A stretch of DNA of 64,000 bases from Eledone cirrhosa (Eukaryota), in contig OZ024746.1 in the NCBI GenBank assembly GCA_964016885.1, positions 72,168,001-72,232,000 of the forward strand, in the 5' to 3' direction. A model generated the notes under the pieces. The model was not told the DNA's origin, searched no databases, and saw nothing but the letters and a program-made list of their open reading frames with translations. Positions 27,540-40,295 of this stretch are shown one piece after another (position 1 is the first letter of the stretch; every line of letters begins with the position of its first letter). The translations under genes and the position numbers were made by a program.

Positions 27540-29880
27540 AGTCAACTGGCCATCCCATATGGAGCTAGGCCTTGTCTACCAATGCATGTAAAGATACATA
27601 CACGGATGAGACCACCACTTTCTGGTCCAACGAGAAGAAAGGTGGGCCTAGTACAGCGTTGTGGAGCAATATTAGAGCAATCTACTGACCATCCACTTCA
27701 TCTCCATCCATCTGAACAATGACCAACTCAGACGACAGAAAAAATAAGTTCTATGAAGAACTTGACACCCACATAGCAGCAGTCGCACAGCAAGAGACAC
27801 TTATTGTCCTTGGAGATTTCAACGCTAAAGTGGGGGAACATTACCAGACCTGGGAAGGAATCCTTGGAAGATATGGCACTGGCAAGTCTAACAACAATGA
27901 GCTGATACTTCTCAAGACATGCGCTACACACTAACTTGTCATCACAAACATTCTATTCCGTCTCCCAACTAGTAACAAGACTTCCTTGATACAACCAAGC
28001 TCTCGGTACTGGTATTTGATTGGCTATATCATCAGAAAGAGAGACCGGCAAAATGTAAAATTAATTACGTCTATGTGATGCCGACTGCTGGACGTAGTGT
28101 CCAAGTTTAAAATACGCATACAGCCTATGAGAAGTCCCCAAGGTCAGAAGACTGCAAAAAAGCTTAATGTTTCCAAGTTGAAGAGCACCAAAGTTGTTGA
28201 AGAAATTCGTAAAGACCTAGATAGTAGGCTGTCCGGCACAGCCTAAGATTACTATATCAGCATTGAAGAGCAGTGGACAACTTTCAAAAATACTGTCTAC
28301 TCTACAGCTCTGTGGACCAGCAATTCACAAAAATAAAGACTGGTTTGATGAGAACGATGAAGAAGTACAAGCACTGTAGTCAGAGAAGCACCGACTGTTC
28401 AGAGAGCACAAGAATTATCTCACATCACAGTCAAAGAAAGACGTGTTCATCAGTGCTAGGCGATATGAGTAGAAGAAACTACGTAAGACGCAGGATATAT
28501 GGTTCAGTAATAAGGCCAATAAAATCCAGACCTATGCAAATAGTCACGACATCAAGCGATTCTACGACGCTTTGAAAGTTGTGCATGAACCCTAGTCTTC
28601 TGACCCTTCTTCCATCTTTAGTGCAAGTGGAACTCAGCTGCTGACAGAGAAAAAACAGATTCTGGGAAAATGGGCTGAATATTTCAACCAGGTCCTCAAC
28701 CACTCAGCCGCAATCAACGATGAAGTCATCGCTCGCCTACCACAGGTATGGATCAACCAGGACCCTGAACGCCACCCCTACCCCTACAGAGGAAAAGAAA
28801 AGTTATGTCAACTTTTCTGTCAACTTTCTTGTAGCAAAGTAACAGGATCAGACACAAACCCCTGCTGAAGTCTACAAAGCAGAAGATTCACTCATAAGAC
28901 GGAAGCTAACTGACCTCTTTCACTCTAAATGAAACGAAGAAAAGTCCGCTATAGTTGAAAGATGCCAACATAGTTCACATTTACAAAAAGAAAAGCAATC
29001 GCCAGTCTTGTGACAGTCACCGAGGCATCTCCATCCTGTCCACATCCGGGAAGATATTAGCTGCTCAATTGCCTTCTCCAACACCTTCAGCAAGACCTCT
29101 TCCCAGAAAACCAATGTTGCTTCCGTGCAAAGCGTGACACTACTGGTATGATATTTGCTGCATGCCAACTCTAGGAAAAATGTCAAAAGCTGCACGGCGA
29201 CCCTTCCATGGCGTTCGTCGATTTGACTAAGGTATTTGATACCGTCAGCAGAGATGGCATATGGAAAATAAAGGAAAAGTTAGGCTGCCCAAGCAGATGG
29301 TATGAGGGAGAACGTTTCGGACGATGGTGATGAGTCAGAACCCTTCGCAATGACAAACGATTAAAAATAATACTTTTCAGTATGGTCTTTTCTGCTATGC
29401 TGCATGATGTCTTCCACGATTGCCAGGATGACATATACGTCAGGTGGGCTATTTAACCTCCGGCGTTTGCAGGCTTTCACAAAGGTAAAAGAGATAACCA
29501 TCAAAGGATTCTTATTCACCGATGACTGTGCTATCAATACTAGTACACAGCATAACATGCAGCAAGAGACTGACAGCTTCTCACATGCCTTTGACGACTT
29601 TGGACCCAAAATGAACACACAAAAAACGATGTGTACTTGCCTGCACTTGGAAATCCTTACTACGAACCACACCTTATACTGAAGGGAGAGAAGCTACAAG
29701 CACCCTTTTACGAACAACAAGCATAGATGCAGATGTCAGTAATAGAATTGCTAAAGCCAGTGCCACCATTTCGGAGTCTACCAAACAGTGGTCTTCACCA
29801 CATTTCTCTACACCTGTGAGACCTGGACTGACTACACCAGACATGCTAAAGAGCTCAACCATTTCCATTTGAGTTACTTT
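27540..29880 (+). mobile_element. Decayed RTE (BovB-like) LINE in intron 1
   Basis: LIVLGDFNAKVG, KDANIVHIYKKK.NRQSCDSHRGISILS, AFVDLTKVFDTVSR, LFTDDCA. Confidence 0.88.
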
Positions 29881-29954
29881 CGCCGGAGTTATTTTTATCT
29901 TTCATCCTTATGAAAGTGTGTATTATGAAAGGGCGCGAGTGTATAATAGTAGAT

Positions 29955-30480
29955 AAAGTGGGGGAGATTGGGAGAATTACTTGTAGTAGATATAGAGAGG
30001 GGTGTTGGGAGAGATAGGTGTATGGTAGATACAGAGAAGGAAAGAGTTTAGTGATTATGGATATAGAGAGGGGTGCTGGGAGAGAAAGCGTCGTAATAGA
30101 TATAGAGAGGGTGAGAGATTATTGGTTTAAGATATAGAGAGGGGCAGAGTTTAGTGATTATAGATATAGAGAGGAAGATAAAGAGAGAGTGCCGTGTGGT
30201 AGATATAGAGGGGAAGAGATTAGTGGTAGTAGATATATAGGGGGGGGGGATAATGAGAGAGTGTCGTGTGGTAGATATAGAGAGGGGGAGAGATTATTGC
30301 TGTTAAATGTAGAGAGGCGGATAATGAGAGAGTGCCGCGTGTTAGCTTTATATAGAAAGAGATTTTGGTGGTAATAGACATAGAGAGGGGAATTGGGAAA
30401 GATAGGAAGATAGGTGTTGATAGATAGAGAGGGGGGGGGAGATATTGATATTAATGGAGAGAGTGGGGGGATTGGGAGAG
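29955..30480. repeat. Degenerate ~30-bp purine-rich tandem repeat (agatatagagaggg core)
   Basis: Direct reading. Confidence 0.75.
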
Positions 30481-31306
30481 AATGTTGTATATTGTAGACT
30501 AGCTGACGTACCTTGCTTCGTCCAGGTAAATAGATGATAAGAGAAGACAGGTAGAAGAAAAAATGACTGTATTAGATGTTTGTCTGGTTTACAGTATGAG
30601 GCGAGACCGTAGTGTGCGTGTGTGTGTGAAAATAAAAAAAAAAATCTTCCAGATACGCCAGATTCTTGGTTTTACTGTTCGTGCATAGTATATGAAGATA
30701 TGTAGATGTTTCCACTCGTGAGCAACCTATATATAACTTCCCATAGATAAAATGCGATTCTCTTGTATTCAATCCTACAAAAAAGATGAATAGCTGAATA
30801 AGTCAAGTCAAAAATATCCTGGATACGAGGAAAAAATGGCAGGCGGTTCTGTCCACTTTTTACCGTCCCCAATGATACTTCTAAAAAGTCTAAAGTCTGT
30901 TTCGAGCCCAGTAGCTCGTCGGGCCGGTGCTTATCCCGGTTTTTGTGGCGTTAAGCGACCGAGAGTACAGGACTCACGCCTGGACAGGATGTCAGTCCAT
31001 CGCAGGGTTAAACCTCCAGCTATTTCTGGTACTCGTTTTCAGCTGAGTATACTGAAGCAACGTGAAATGAAGTGTTATGCTCAATAACACAACACACAGT
31101 TCCGTCCAGGAATCGAACCCACGACATTATGATCGTAATTCTTTACCACTAGGTCACGCGTTTATTCGACCATTATTCATAGTTCATCTGTGTTGTAGCG
31201 ATTTTTCAAAAAACAAACTAATTTCCTTAATGATTCTTAAATGAAACAATGTTTTTTTTTTTATTATTTATTTTTTTATTTGTTTATTTATTTATTTATT
31301 CATCAG

Positions 31307-31492
31307 TCAGTTGGAACGGATAAACTCATCGAAAACGAGGAATGTTTCCCAGAAGTACCAGACATTATACCAAACCAAATCGAGTTGGACAACCACACCT
31401 ATAAACTGATGATGAGCCTGTGTGTGCTGACCTTGAAAGACATACGGAACAGCAACGTCAGGGCTACGCAACAGCTGATTAAGTTACAATAT
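31307..31492 (+). CDS. BCR/ABR-like exon 2 (SVGTDK...LCVLTLKDIRNSNVRATQQLIKLQY; DH helix 1)
   Basis: catcag| acceptor, TAT|gttagt donor, 62 codons. Confidence 0.8.
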
Positions 31493-32132
31493 GTTAGTAG
31501 TATTAGTAGTAGTAATAATTGTAGAGGTGGTGGCGGTGGTGATGGTGGTGTCAAGTCCGTGCAAAGTTTGTAATATGCCCTGGCCAGATCTAAATGTACC
31601 CCGTTCCCTAGTTGGTAATAGGGCCTGAATAGAAGTGAAATGTAGCACAACCCCTCCCTATCCACACACATACACACATCTCAAAGCTGATGATAGACCA
31701 AATGTAAAATGCAGCCTCACCTCAAGGCTGGCAATAGGTCGATACCAAGCAGGAATAGTAGGCTCCCAAATCTGTTAACAGACCAAGACCAAATGTAGAG
31801 ACCAGCTTCCTCCCTTCAATACTGGTAATAAGTTCATGCCAGATGTAAAATGTAGATCCCTCCACCCCACCAAAAAAGCTGCTACCAGGTCCAGTGTAAA
31901 TGTGAGAGATAGGTCCCAAGCTGGTAATATATTTAAGCTGGATGTGAAATGTTGGCCCTATTTCACACTACTCGCTAAATATTTTAGCAATCAGTGCTGA
32001 ATAATATATATATATATATGTTAGCACCCCAAACACTTAAATTGGGTTTATATTTTAATATAGCCTAATGTTTGTTGAGTGAGATGGTTACCAGTCAGAG
32101 TTTAGCTTTAAACTATCTCTGTTATTGTATTA

Positions 32133-32174
<42 letters not shown>

Positions 32175-32248
32175 CGTTATTCCGGGTTGAATCGGAGGTA
32201 ACCACAGTAAGTAAGGTACTCAATACATAGCAGAGTATAACAGTTTTA

Positions 32249-32355
32249 ATATAGATGAGATTCTACAGGACTAGAACTGTTTCATTCATTAGAAATCATC
32301 AGGAATCCCTGATGATTTCTAATGAATGAAACAGTTCTAGTCCTGTAGAATCTCA

Positions 32356-32362
<7 letters not shown>
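32249..32362. ncRNA. Palindrome (55-bp arms) carrying a hammerhead motif on each strand
   Basis: Minus 32259-32307: GAUUC-CUGAUGA-UUUC UAAU GAAU-GAAA-CAG UUCUAGUC CUG-UA|GAAUC; the plus copy has one stem I mismatch. Confidence 0.8.
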
Positions 32363-32403
<41 letters not shown>

Positions 32404-32609
32404 CAATATCGGAGAAAGCTTTTTAGCGATACTCCGGCCAAATTCCAACTCACTCAACAAACATTAGGAAATAAGTGATTATATTCCTAATTATGCGTTC
32501 GGGGTGCTAACTAAAAGTTTTGCGTGGAAAATTGGCTGTATTATTTCATATGAGATATATCTAATATATCTCTTCCCAGACGGATGTCTCGTTTCATTAT
32601 AGGATTCCT

Positions 32610-32667
<58 letters not shown>

Positions 32668-32672
<5 letters not shown>

Positions 32673-32916
32673 ATTATTATGTAATAAACAACATAAGGCA
32701 ATTATTCCATTTACCAGTGGTTTCTTAAAAGCAAAAGGTTTTGCTTTCAATCCTCAGAACGGGAAAAAGCTGGTTTGTTTTGAGTTTGTAATCCAAATTC
32801 AATAAACAAACCAGCTTTTTCCCGTTCTGAGGATTGAAAGCAAAACCTTTTGCTTTTAAGAAACCACTGGTAAATGGAATAATTGCCTTATGTTGTTTAT
32901 TACATAATAATAATAA
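32668..32916. ncRNA. Palindrome (113-bp arms, 23-nt spacer) carrying a hammerhead motif on each strand
   Basis: Plus ~32822-32877: CCGUU-CUGAGGA-[UUGAAAGCAAAA CC UUUUGCUUUUAA]-GAAA-CC ACU GG-UA|AAUGG; mirror copy at ~32707-32762. Confidence 0.82.
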
Positions 32917-33010
32917 TTAAGCTCTGTTGCATACATAGAGCACTCTTTTTTCCTGGACTTTTCCGATGGAATTACTTCATTCACACATATATATATATAT
33001 ATATATATAT

Positions 33011-33057
<47 letters not shown>

Positions 33058-33439
33058 AAAAGAGTCACGACCCCGACGACTGTGCTCCGGCCGTTGCAAC
33101 AACTTGATCCGTATTGAGTGCTCTGGTGCGTTATGGTCCACCTGGTATCTTACCACACCCTCTTTGTTTATATATACATTTTTTTTTTTTTTCTAATGAA
33201 GGAATGGCGTTTTTTCTTACATCTTATAAACGTTATATGAATATATTTTGTTGCTCTCAGACTCTGTCTCCTTTTCATGTGTTTTGACATTTTATACATT
33301 TGTGTCTGTCTGTCTGCCTGTCTGTCTGTGTGTTCCAACGTCATGTTAAATATCTCTCTCTCTCTCTCTCTCCATTCCTCACTTTCTACTCTTCACTTTG
33401 TACCCCCTATTCGCTCTGTTTTTAACTATCTTTCTATCT

Positions 33440-33922
33440 TTCTAACTATCTATCTACCTGTCTGTCTATGTATCTATGTATCTATCTATCTAACCGCCTA
33501 CCTATCTATTTATTTATCCCTCTATCTATCTACCTACCTGTCTGTCTATGTATCTATGTATCTATCTATCTAACCGCCTACCTATCTATTTATTTATCCC
33601 TCTATCTATCTACCTACCTGTCTGTCTATGTATCTATGTATCTATCTATCTAACCGCCTACCTATCTATTTATTTATCCCTCTATCTATCTATCTACCTG
33701 TCTGTCTATGTATCTATGTATCTATCTATCTAACCGCCTACCTATCTATTTATCCCTCTATCTATCTATCTACCTGTCTGTCTATGTATCTATGTATCTA
33801 TCTATCTAACCACCTACCTATCTATTTCTCCCTCTAACTATCTATCTACCTGTCTGTCTATGTATCTATGTATCTATCTATCTAACCGCCTACCTATCTA
33901 TTTATCCCTCTATCTATCTACC
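33440..33922. repeat. ~80-bp higher-order tandem repeat built on (TCTA)n
   Basis: The unit tctgtctatgtatctatgtatctatctatctaaccgcctacctatc... recurs about 6 times. Confidence 0.9.
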
Positions 33923-34050
33923 TATTGGGGATTTCGATTGTTATAATTGTTTGTTTCAATATTTTTACACGACTGTATGTAAAATCCCCGGCATGTGTCT
34001 TTGTATTGTCCCCTTTTCTTGTGCGCCCTTGTGGCAAATAAAGAAATATA
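33923..34050 (+). mobile_element. Tx1-like LINE 3'UTR end in (TCTA)n; related end on the minus strand at ~49165-49260 in (GATA)n
   Basis: ttttacacg..tttgtattgtcccc..cccttgtggc.aataaagaaa resembles the 3' end of the 936-4575 element. Confidence 0.6.
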
Positions 34051-34254
34051 TCTATTTATTTATCCAGCTATCAATTCATCTATCTATCTATCAATTCATT
34101 TATCTACATATATATATATATATATACAAATATAAATTAGCGAGAATCGTTTTCAGCTCAGGAATTAACGAAAATCAACGTCCGATATGTGTGGCAAGCG
34201 CTCGATGAATCATATGAATCAGAGCTACAACATACGTTAAGGGCCAAACACACT

Positions 34255-34338
<84 letters not shown>

Positions 34339-34499
34339 AGAAAGTAAGTATGACCCCGACGGCAGAGCTCAAGCCGTTTCGACGGCTATTTCTGGACTTT
34401 AGTCCAGAAATACTTTCTCCTATTACCCCCTCTACTACCCTAAGTATTGAGTACTCTGGTTCGTTATAGTCCATCTGGTTCCTTACCACAACTCCTTCG

Positions 34500-34563
<64 letters not shown>

Positions 34564-34946
34564 ATAATAATAAATTTGAAGACTAAAATCCAAAGAGGGC
34601 TCGATAAGGAGTTTCTTTATGGGTTTCAGAAGATCCCGTTAAGGGTGAAAGCAGCGATTCTTTGCTTAAACTTTAATCTGTTATTTTAATAAATATATAT
34701 ATATATAAAAACAAATATTTTTCAATATTCCTTGTCTGGCTTTCTGGAGAATAGAGGAAAGGTGTTTCCTCGAAAACCAGTATGACTCTAAAAACCGGTT
34801 TGTCTGTGTGTTTACATACAGAATAGCTGGGTTACTCACAGTAAAGTAACCAGTGAAAGACTTGTTACATCTACATATGTATACGTGTGTGTATTCATAT
34901 GCACACTAGTATTTCAGTATGCATATGTAGATGTACATTTTTTAAC

Positions 34947-34985
<39 letters not shown>

Positions 34986-35042
34986 CATTGAGCTATCAAT
35001 CCATCTATTTATTTATCAAACCATCTATTTATCTATCTCCAG

Positions 35043-35228
35043 TGTAGACGCCACTTCTATTGGAAACTAAAAATTGATGAATCTCCGTTTAGTGAAAACG
35101 AGATCAACTCCCTCTTCTACCGACTCGATGACCTCCTTACAACACTGAATAACTACAAGGCGGCGCTAACGAGACTCCTCAACACATGGTCAAATAATAC
35201 GAGCTTGTCCATGGTCTATCGGAATACT
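35043..35228 (+). CDS. BCR/ABR-like exon 3 (CRRHFYWKLKIDESPFSENEINSLFYRLDDLL...LNTWSNNTSLSMVYRNT; DH)
   Basis: ctccag| and ACT|gtaagt; fits the DH pattern EI..IF..L..L....W.... Confidence 0.9.
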
Positions 35229-36243
35229 GTAAGTGTCACAGTGCTGATTATTGACTTTTGAACAAGGACAGGTTGAACAACTTGCTTCATTATCACTATC
35301 GCCATCTTACCCGTACTCCTTGCACTCTACTCATTTTCCTTCTCCTCCTCACCATCATCATTATTCTCATTATTACAATCATCATATCGTCGTCGTCCTC
35401 ATCATTACCATTAGCATCGTCATCAACATCGTCATCATTCTCATTATCATCATCATCTTCATTATCATCAGTCTTTTTATCATCATCATCATCATCATCA
35501 TCATCAATGCCGTCATTACTAACATCACCACTATTTCTCACACCTATTGCATGTACAATAATGTAAATCTACTTAGTGACCCTGCCATTACTACCACGGC
35601 AAGTACGATGCTCCACTGATGAAATCTAATAAGAGCGAAACATATCTGGTGTTGTCTCCAATACACGGCAAAAAAGATTCAATATATTCTTATCCACTGT
35701 ACTAATGATGTCTTTTTCTCAACATACAACTGTTTTTGATAAGATTGTTTGGTGTTAACTTCATTAAGAATGTTTATTTTACACTAATTTAACTTGAAAC
35801 CTGTTGTGCTCTCGGTCCCCAGACTACCGCTATTTTCCTCTGCGAAATCGGGAGAGCATTATACCTGTGCAAGAATATCCTGCATGAGTGGGGAAGAGAT
35901 TGACTGATGCAAAGGTTATCGTTGGCTTTTCTTTGTGGTAACAGATTCGCCATGTTATACGCTGGGTGCGGCTGAGATATATACTGTCTAATTAAAGATG
36001 TGGAATTCAATCTCTCTCTCTACTTCTCTCTTACCTGTATTTTCTTTTTTTCAGTTTTCTTTTTTTTTCTTTTTTCAATTGTTTATGTTTTAGTTTTGTT
36101 ATTGTTTTGTTTTTTTTTGGGTTTTTTTTTTGTTTGTTTTTTGGTTTTTTGTCAGTATGATATTACAAACCTATTTAAAAAGTTTGAATAAATGTTGAAA
36201 ATTTAAGTTACTGCACTAAATTACAGTTCTTCACTAATTTCAG

Positions 36244-36351
36244 GTTATTTGTATACCAGTCTTCCACGATTGTGTCGTACATTTCAGGAAAGTCCATAGA
36301 TTAATTCTGCATAAAGGTGGCCCTGATGTCATTAACGACTATGTACAAATG
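36244..36351 (+). CDS. BCR/ABR-like exon 4 (VICIPVFHDCVVHFRKVHRLILHKGGPDVINDYVQM)
   Basis: tttcag| and ATG|gtaaga, phase 0/0. Confidence 0.85.
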
Positions 36352-36561
36352 GTAAGAATGTTTTGAGGAGAGAGTTGTGTTCAATTACTCTTTTATTGTT
36401 TGCTGTCATTTGATTGCGGCCATGCTGGGAAACTGCCCTGAAAGTATTTTTGTCGATCATATCGACCCCAGTACTTTTTCTCAAGTTTGATACTTATTTT
36501 ATCGATCTCCTTTTGTCGAACTGCTACGTTGAGCGACATAAACAATTGCCGATAAGGACAT

Positions 36562-36625
<64 letters not shown>

Positions 36626-36756
36626 GTGAGGGTTTTTTTTTTAAATGAAAAATAACCGAGGTGTCCTACACGAGTGAAAGTATAAAGAAAAAAAGATGAA
36701 ATCGAAAATGCAACTGGAGTCTTATTTTTAAAAAAATATCTATATTTATTTGGTTC

Positions 36757-36792
36757 CTTTACCGGTTTCGCAGTTCTTCTGCTTTTCAAAAG
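36757..36792 (-). ncRNA. Minimal hammerhead motif with covariant U3-A8 core, at the edge of an ~85-bp inverted repeat (~36684-36910)
   Basis: CUU-UUGAAAA-GCAG AAGAA CUGC-GAAA-CCGG-UA|AAG. Confidence 0.65.
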
Positions 36793-37644
36793 TAGAGTTG
36801 AGATGGAGGGTCTGTGGTTTTTCTCACAACCGGTAAAGGAACCAAATAAATATATATATTTTTTTTAAATAAGACTCCAGTTGCATTTTCGATTTCATCT
36901 TTTTTTCTTTATATATATATATAAAGAAAAAGAGACCTTTAAAAATAACACCCACCTAGTTTTATGTCTGCCTTATACTTGGATTTGGGGGCCTCTATTA
37001 TATATATATATGCACTTGTGCGTACATATATATATACACACCTGTATGGATTTGTGTGTGTAGATGTGTGTGTGTCTGACGGGGTAGGTGTGAGTGTATG
37101 TACAAGTCAACCAACATTAGTCCTTTTATTTCTAAATTTTCTAAACTATCTAAGTATTTGACTCTAACCATTATTTTAAGTATTACCACCCCACATTAAT
37201 TCCTCAATTTGTGTGTGTGTCTATGGAGGTGGGTGTGAGTGTATGTGCAAGCCAACCTACATACGTCTTTTTATTTGTAAATGTTCTACTCTAACCATAA
37301 TTTTCAGTAGCACCACTCCACATAAATTCCTCAATTTAAGAATGACCTGTAGTATCTATTTCATACTATAAACCCCAATTGAATATATATCTGACCAGGA
37401 ATGCTTTTTGTGAAAATCAGTCATATGGAACTATTGTCATCTTGCCTGACGGTTTGAACTTTACAACACCACCTGCCTCTTTGAGGTCAAATACCAACCC
37501 TACTAGCATCTACAAACTGACCAATGAGAATTAAGACTATTCCTGCTGACAACATTAAATTATTCCCTAACAAGCTCATATGTCCCAAGGCTCTGATACC
37601 ATCAACACTATAAACACAGAGCTGGCATATCTAAGAACTGACTA

Positions 37645-37700
37645 ACTGCCTGATGAGGTCATAGCCATTCAATGGCTATCATCGAAATATATATAGCAGT
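37645..37700 (+). ncRNA. Type I hammerhead ribozyme motif, probably at a PLE 3' end remnant
   Basis: ACUGC-CUGAUGA-[G..AUAGCCAU UCA AUGGCUAU..C]-GAAA-UAUAUA-UA|GCAGU; predicted cleavage after 37695. Confidence 0.85.
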
Positions 37701-37761
37701 AAATAAAGGATTATGAGTTCATGCAATTGACTTATGTTTCGTCACTATATATATATATATA

Positions 37762-37836
<75 letters not shown>

Positions 37837-37912
37837 GTAGGTCCCGGGTTGAGTCGGGGATAACCACAGTAAGTAAGGTACTCAATACATGGCAGAGTAA
37901 TTTTTTTTTATT

Positions 37913-38024
37913 TTATAGAAGGAGCTTCTACAGGACTAGTACTGTTTCATTCAGATGAAATCTTCAGGAAGCTTCCTGAAGATTTCATCTGAATGAAACA
38001 GTACTAGTCCTGTAGAAGCTCCTT

Positions 38025-38030
<6 letters not shown>
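37913..38030. ncRNA. Perfect 118-bp palindrome encoding an intact hammerhead motif on both strands
   Basis: AGCUUC-CUGAAGA-UUUC AUCU GAAU-GAAA-CAG UACUAGUC CUG-UA|GAAGCU at plus 37970-38020 and minus 37923-37973; centre aagctt. Confidence 0.85.
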
Positions 38031-38101
<71 letters not shown>

Positions 38102-38458
38102 GACGGGATTTATCACAGTTCAGTTTCCCCTCAACAAAATTTCACTCACAGGGCATTGGTTAACAAGAGGCTACAGTAGAAGAGAATTGTTCAAAATTGG
38201 AAGCTAGGAGGATTGTTTATTATCATCATATATACTGTGTATACTTCTTTTCCTCATCTGATTTTAATGTAAGCCCTCACACTTTTTGAAAACTTATAGA
38301 AATTTGTCATTAATATTATTATTGTTCCCGTCGAGGTTAACTTTGCCTTTCATCCTTACGGGGTCGATAAAATAAAGTACCAGTAATGTACTGGGTAATT
38401 GCTGGCCTTGTGCCAAAATTAGAAACAATTATTATTGTATACTTTATTCTCTCGACAG

Positions 38459-38489
38459 GAAATTCCACACTTGGATGAGTTATTTACAG
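38459..38489 (+). CDS. BCR/ABR-like exon 5, 31 nt (EIPHLDELFT + G)
   Basis: ttctctcgacag| and CAG|gtaaat; phase 0/1 fits both neighbours. Confidence 0.75.
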
Positions 38490-39441
38490 GTAAATCTTTT
38501 CTTCGATTTCATCATCATCATCATAATCATCATCATTTTACGTCCACTTTTCCCTGCTTGCAAAGGTGGGATGTATCCTCTTCAGCACAGCATCTCTCCA
38601 TTCGTCACGGTCCCTCGTCATCTCCTCTGTGAGCTTCATATAAGCCGTTATATAGTTCATATAAGCCGTTATATAGTTTATATAAAGGTCGACTTACAGT
38701 TTATAGAGAAGTCGACTTATTGTTTTAGAGAGAGTTCTTCGTGCTGAAAAAGTCGAGTGATAGGCCGCAATTCGTAGCATTTACTTTGATTGCTGTATAT
38801 ATAAATAAAATACCCTAATGGTGTCAGTATATGTTGCAGCAACAAGCGTTTTGAAGCCATTTTCCCTCGCTAAAATAGGAGTTAGCTTTACGGGACCCAT
38901 AAAGGGAATCATGCTCATAATGAGGTCCTAATTGAAGCATTGTTTTACGGTCAGATGCTCTTCCTGATGCCATACGCAAGGATACAGTGTGCTTATACTG
39001 AAATGGATACATTCAACATGATAACAGTATAAGCGTAAATAAAAATTCAAACAATGAATAGTACCGTGTATACACCTTAATTCGCAAAATGATAAACACC
39101 GCCTTGCTAAAAGCATAACAGCATGTTTATATGAAACATTGTAGAATATATGGTTAGGATTATTGGGGAAAGCCAGTACAATGCAAGATAGAAATACAGG
39201 AGTATATATGAGAGTAAAAGAAGACAAACAAAAAAACAGTTTACACTTTTACCTGTATTTTATATTTCGGGATAAGCCTTTTTTCAAAATATAGGAACTG
39301 GAGTGTGATGGTGATGACGAGTTGAACTCTTCTGCACAGATATTATGTTGGCGGGGTGGAAAAATGCACATATTGTACAGCAGTATTCTTCTTTATTTAT
39401 TTGTTGTATTTTAATTTCATTTTTTTTTTATTTATCTGTAG

Positions 39442-39494
39442 ATCTAATCCAATTTCCCGTGGTTATGAGAAGTAAAATAATCTATGGAATACGG
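39442..39494 (+). CDS. BCR/ABR-like exon 6 (DLIQFPVVMRSKIIYGIR; DH CR3)
   Basis: tctgtag| and CGG|gtcagt; aligns to the LLxxPVxR motif. Confidence 0.85.
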
Positions 39495-39835
39495 GTCAGT
39501 CAAACCTCTATATTTAGCTTAACTGCCATGTAATATTTTCCTTTCGTGTTACCTTTATTCACTTCCAGTGAAATTCAAAATGGCTGTCACTAAATAAATT
39601 TCACAAATTTTTATATTTTCTTTTCATACATCTGTAATAATTGAAATGTTAAAACGTTAAATCATATGTCTAACAACATATATTTTCGTATTTTCTTTTC
39701 TTTATACGTTCAAATCTCGCTTACAACGAATCTTCGTCTTTCATAACCAGATGTCATAATTTTAGAAGTCTCTCTGTTCTGTCTATTTTCTGTTATTTGT
39801 TTATTTATTTATTTATTAATTTATATACTCTGTAG

Positions 39836-39940
39836 CAACTATCCAGCTACATTCCTGTAAAACATTCACAGTACGCGAAAATGAAGCAGGCTTGGCGAAG
39901 TTGTGTAATGGTTAATGGTGTGCAAAATCCCTATTGTGAG
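39836..39940 (+). CDS. BCR/ABR-like exon 7 (QLSSYIPVKHSQYAKMKQAWRSCVMVNGVQNPYCE; DH end)
   Basis: ctctgtag| and GAG|gtacat; resembles LLKHTP..HPD...L..A. Confidence 0.85.
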
Positions 39941-40087
39941 GTACATAGTTTCTACTACTCTTCTTCTCGCATTCTCTCTCTTTCACTCACTCTCTCTGTC
40001 TCCCTCTCTCTCTCTTTCTCACACACACACGCACGTACACACACACACATACACACACACATACATACATACATATATATATATATT

Positions 40088-40118
<31 letters not shown>

Positions 40119-40183
40119 GTGTGGTATTAGACTCCTATCTTTTTCCACATACATAAACACACACACACACACATATATATATT

Positions 40184-40295
<112 letters not shown>

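Noticed and set aside
33440-33922. Regularly spaced repeats suggestive of CRISPR
   Set aside because: No unique spacers, eukaryotic context, no cas genes; a plain tandem repeat
35613-35649. CUGAUGA...GAAA hammerhead-like motif (also ~42770-42805 and ~34750-34790)
   Set aside because: Stem II or core is poorly formed; at most decayed copies
39295-39382. Alternative exon candidate ELECDGDDELNSS...
   Set aside because: Splice signals are weaker than those of 38459-38489, which already gives a phase-correct DH sequence; it cannot be fully excluded as an alternative exon
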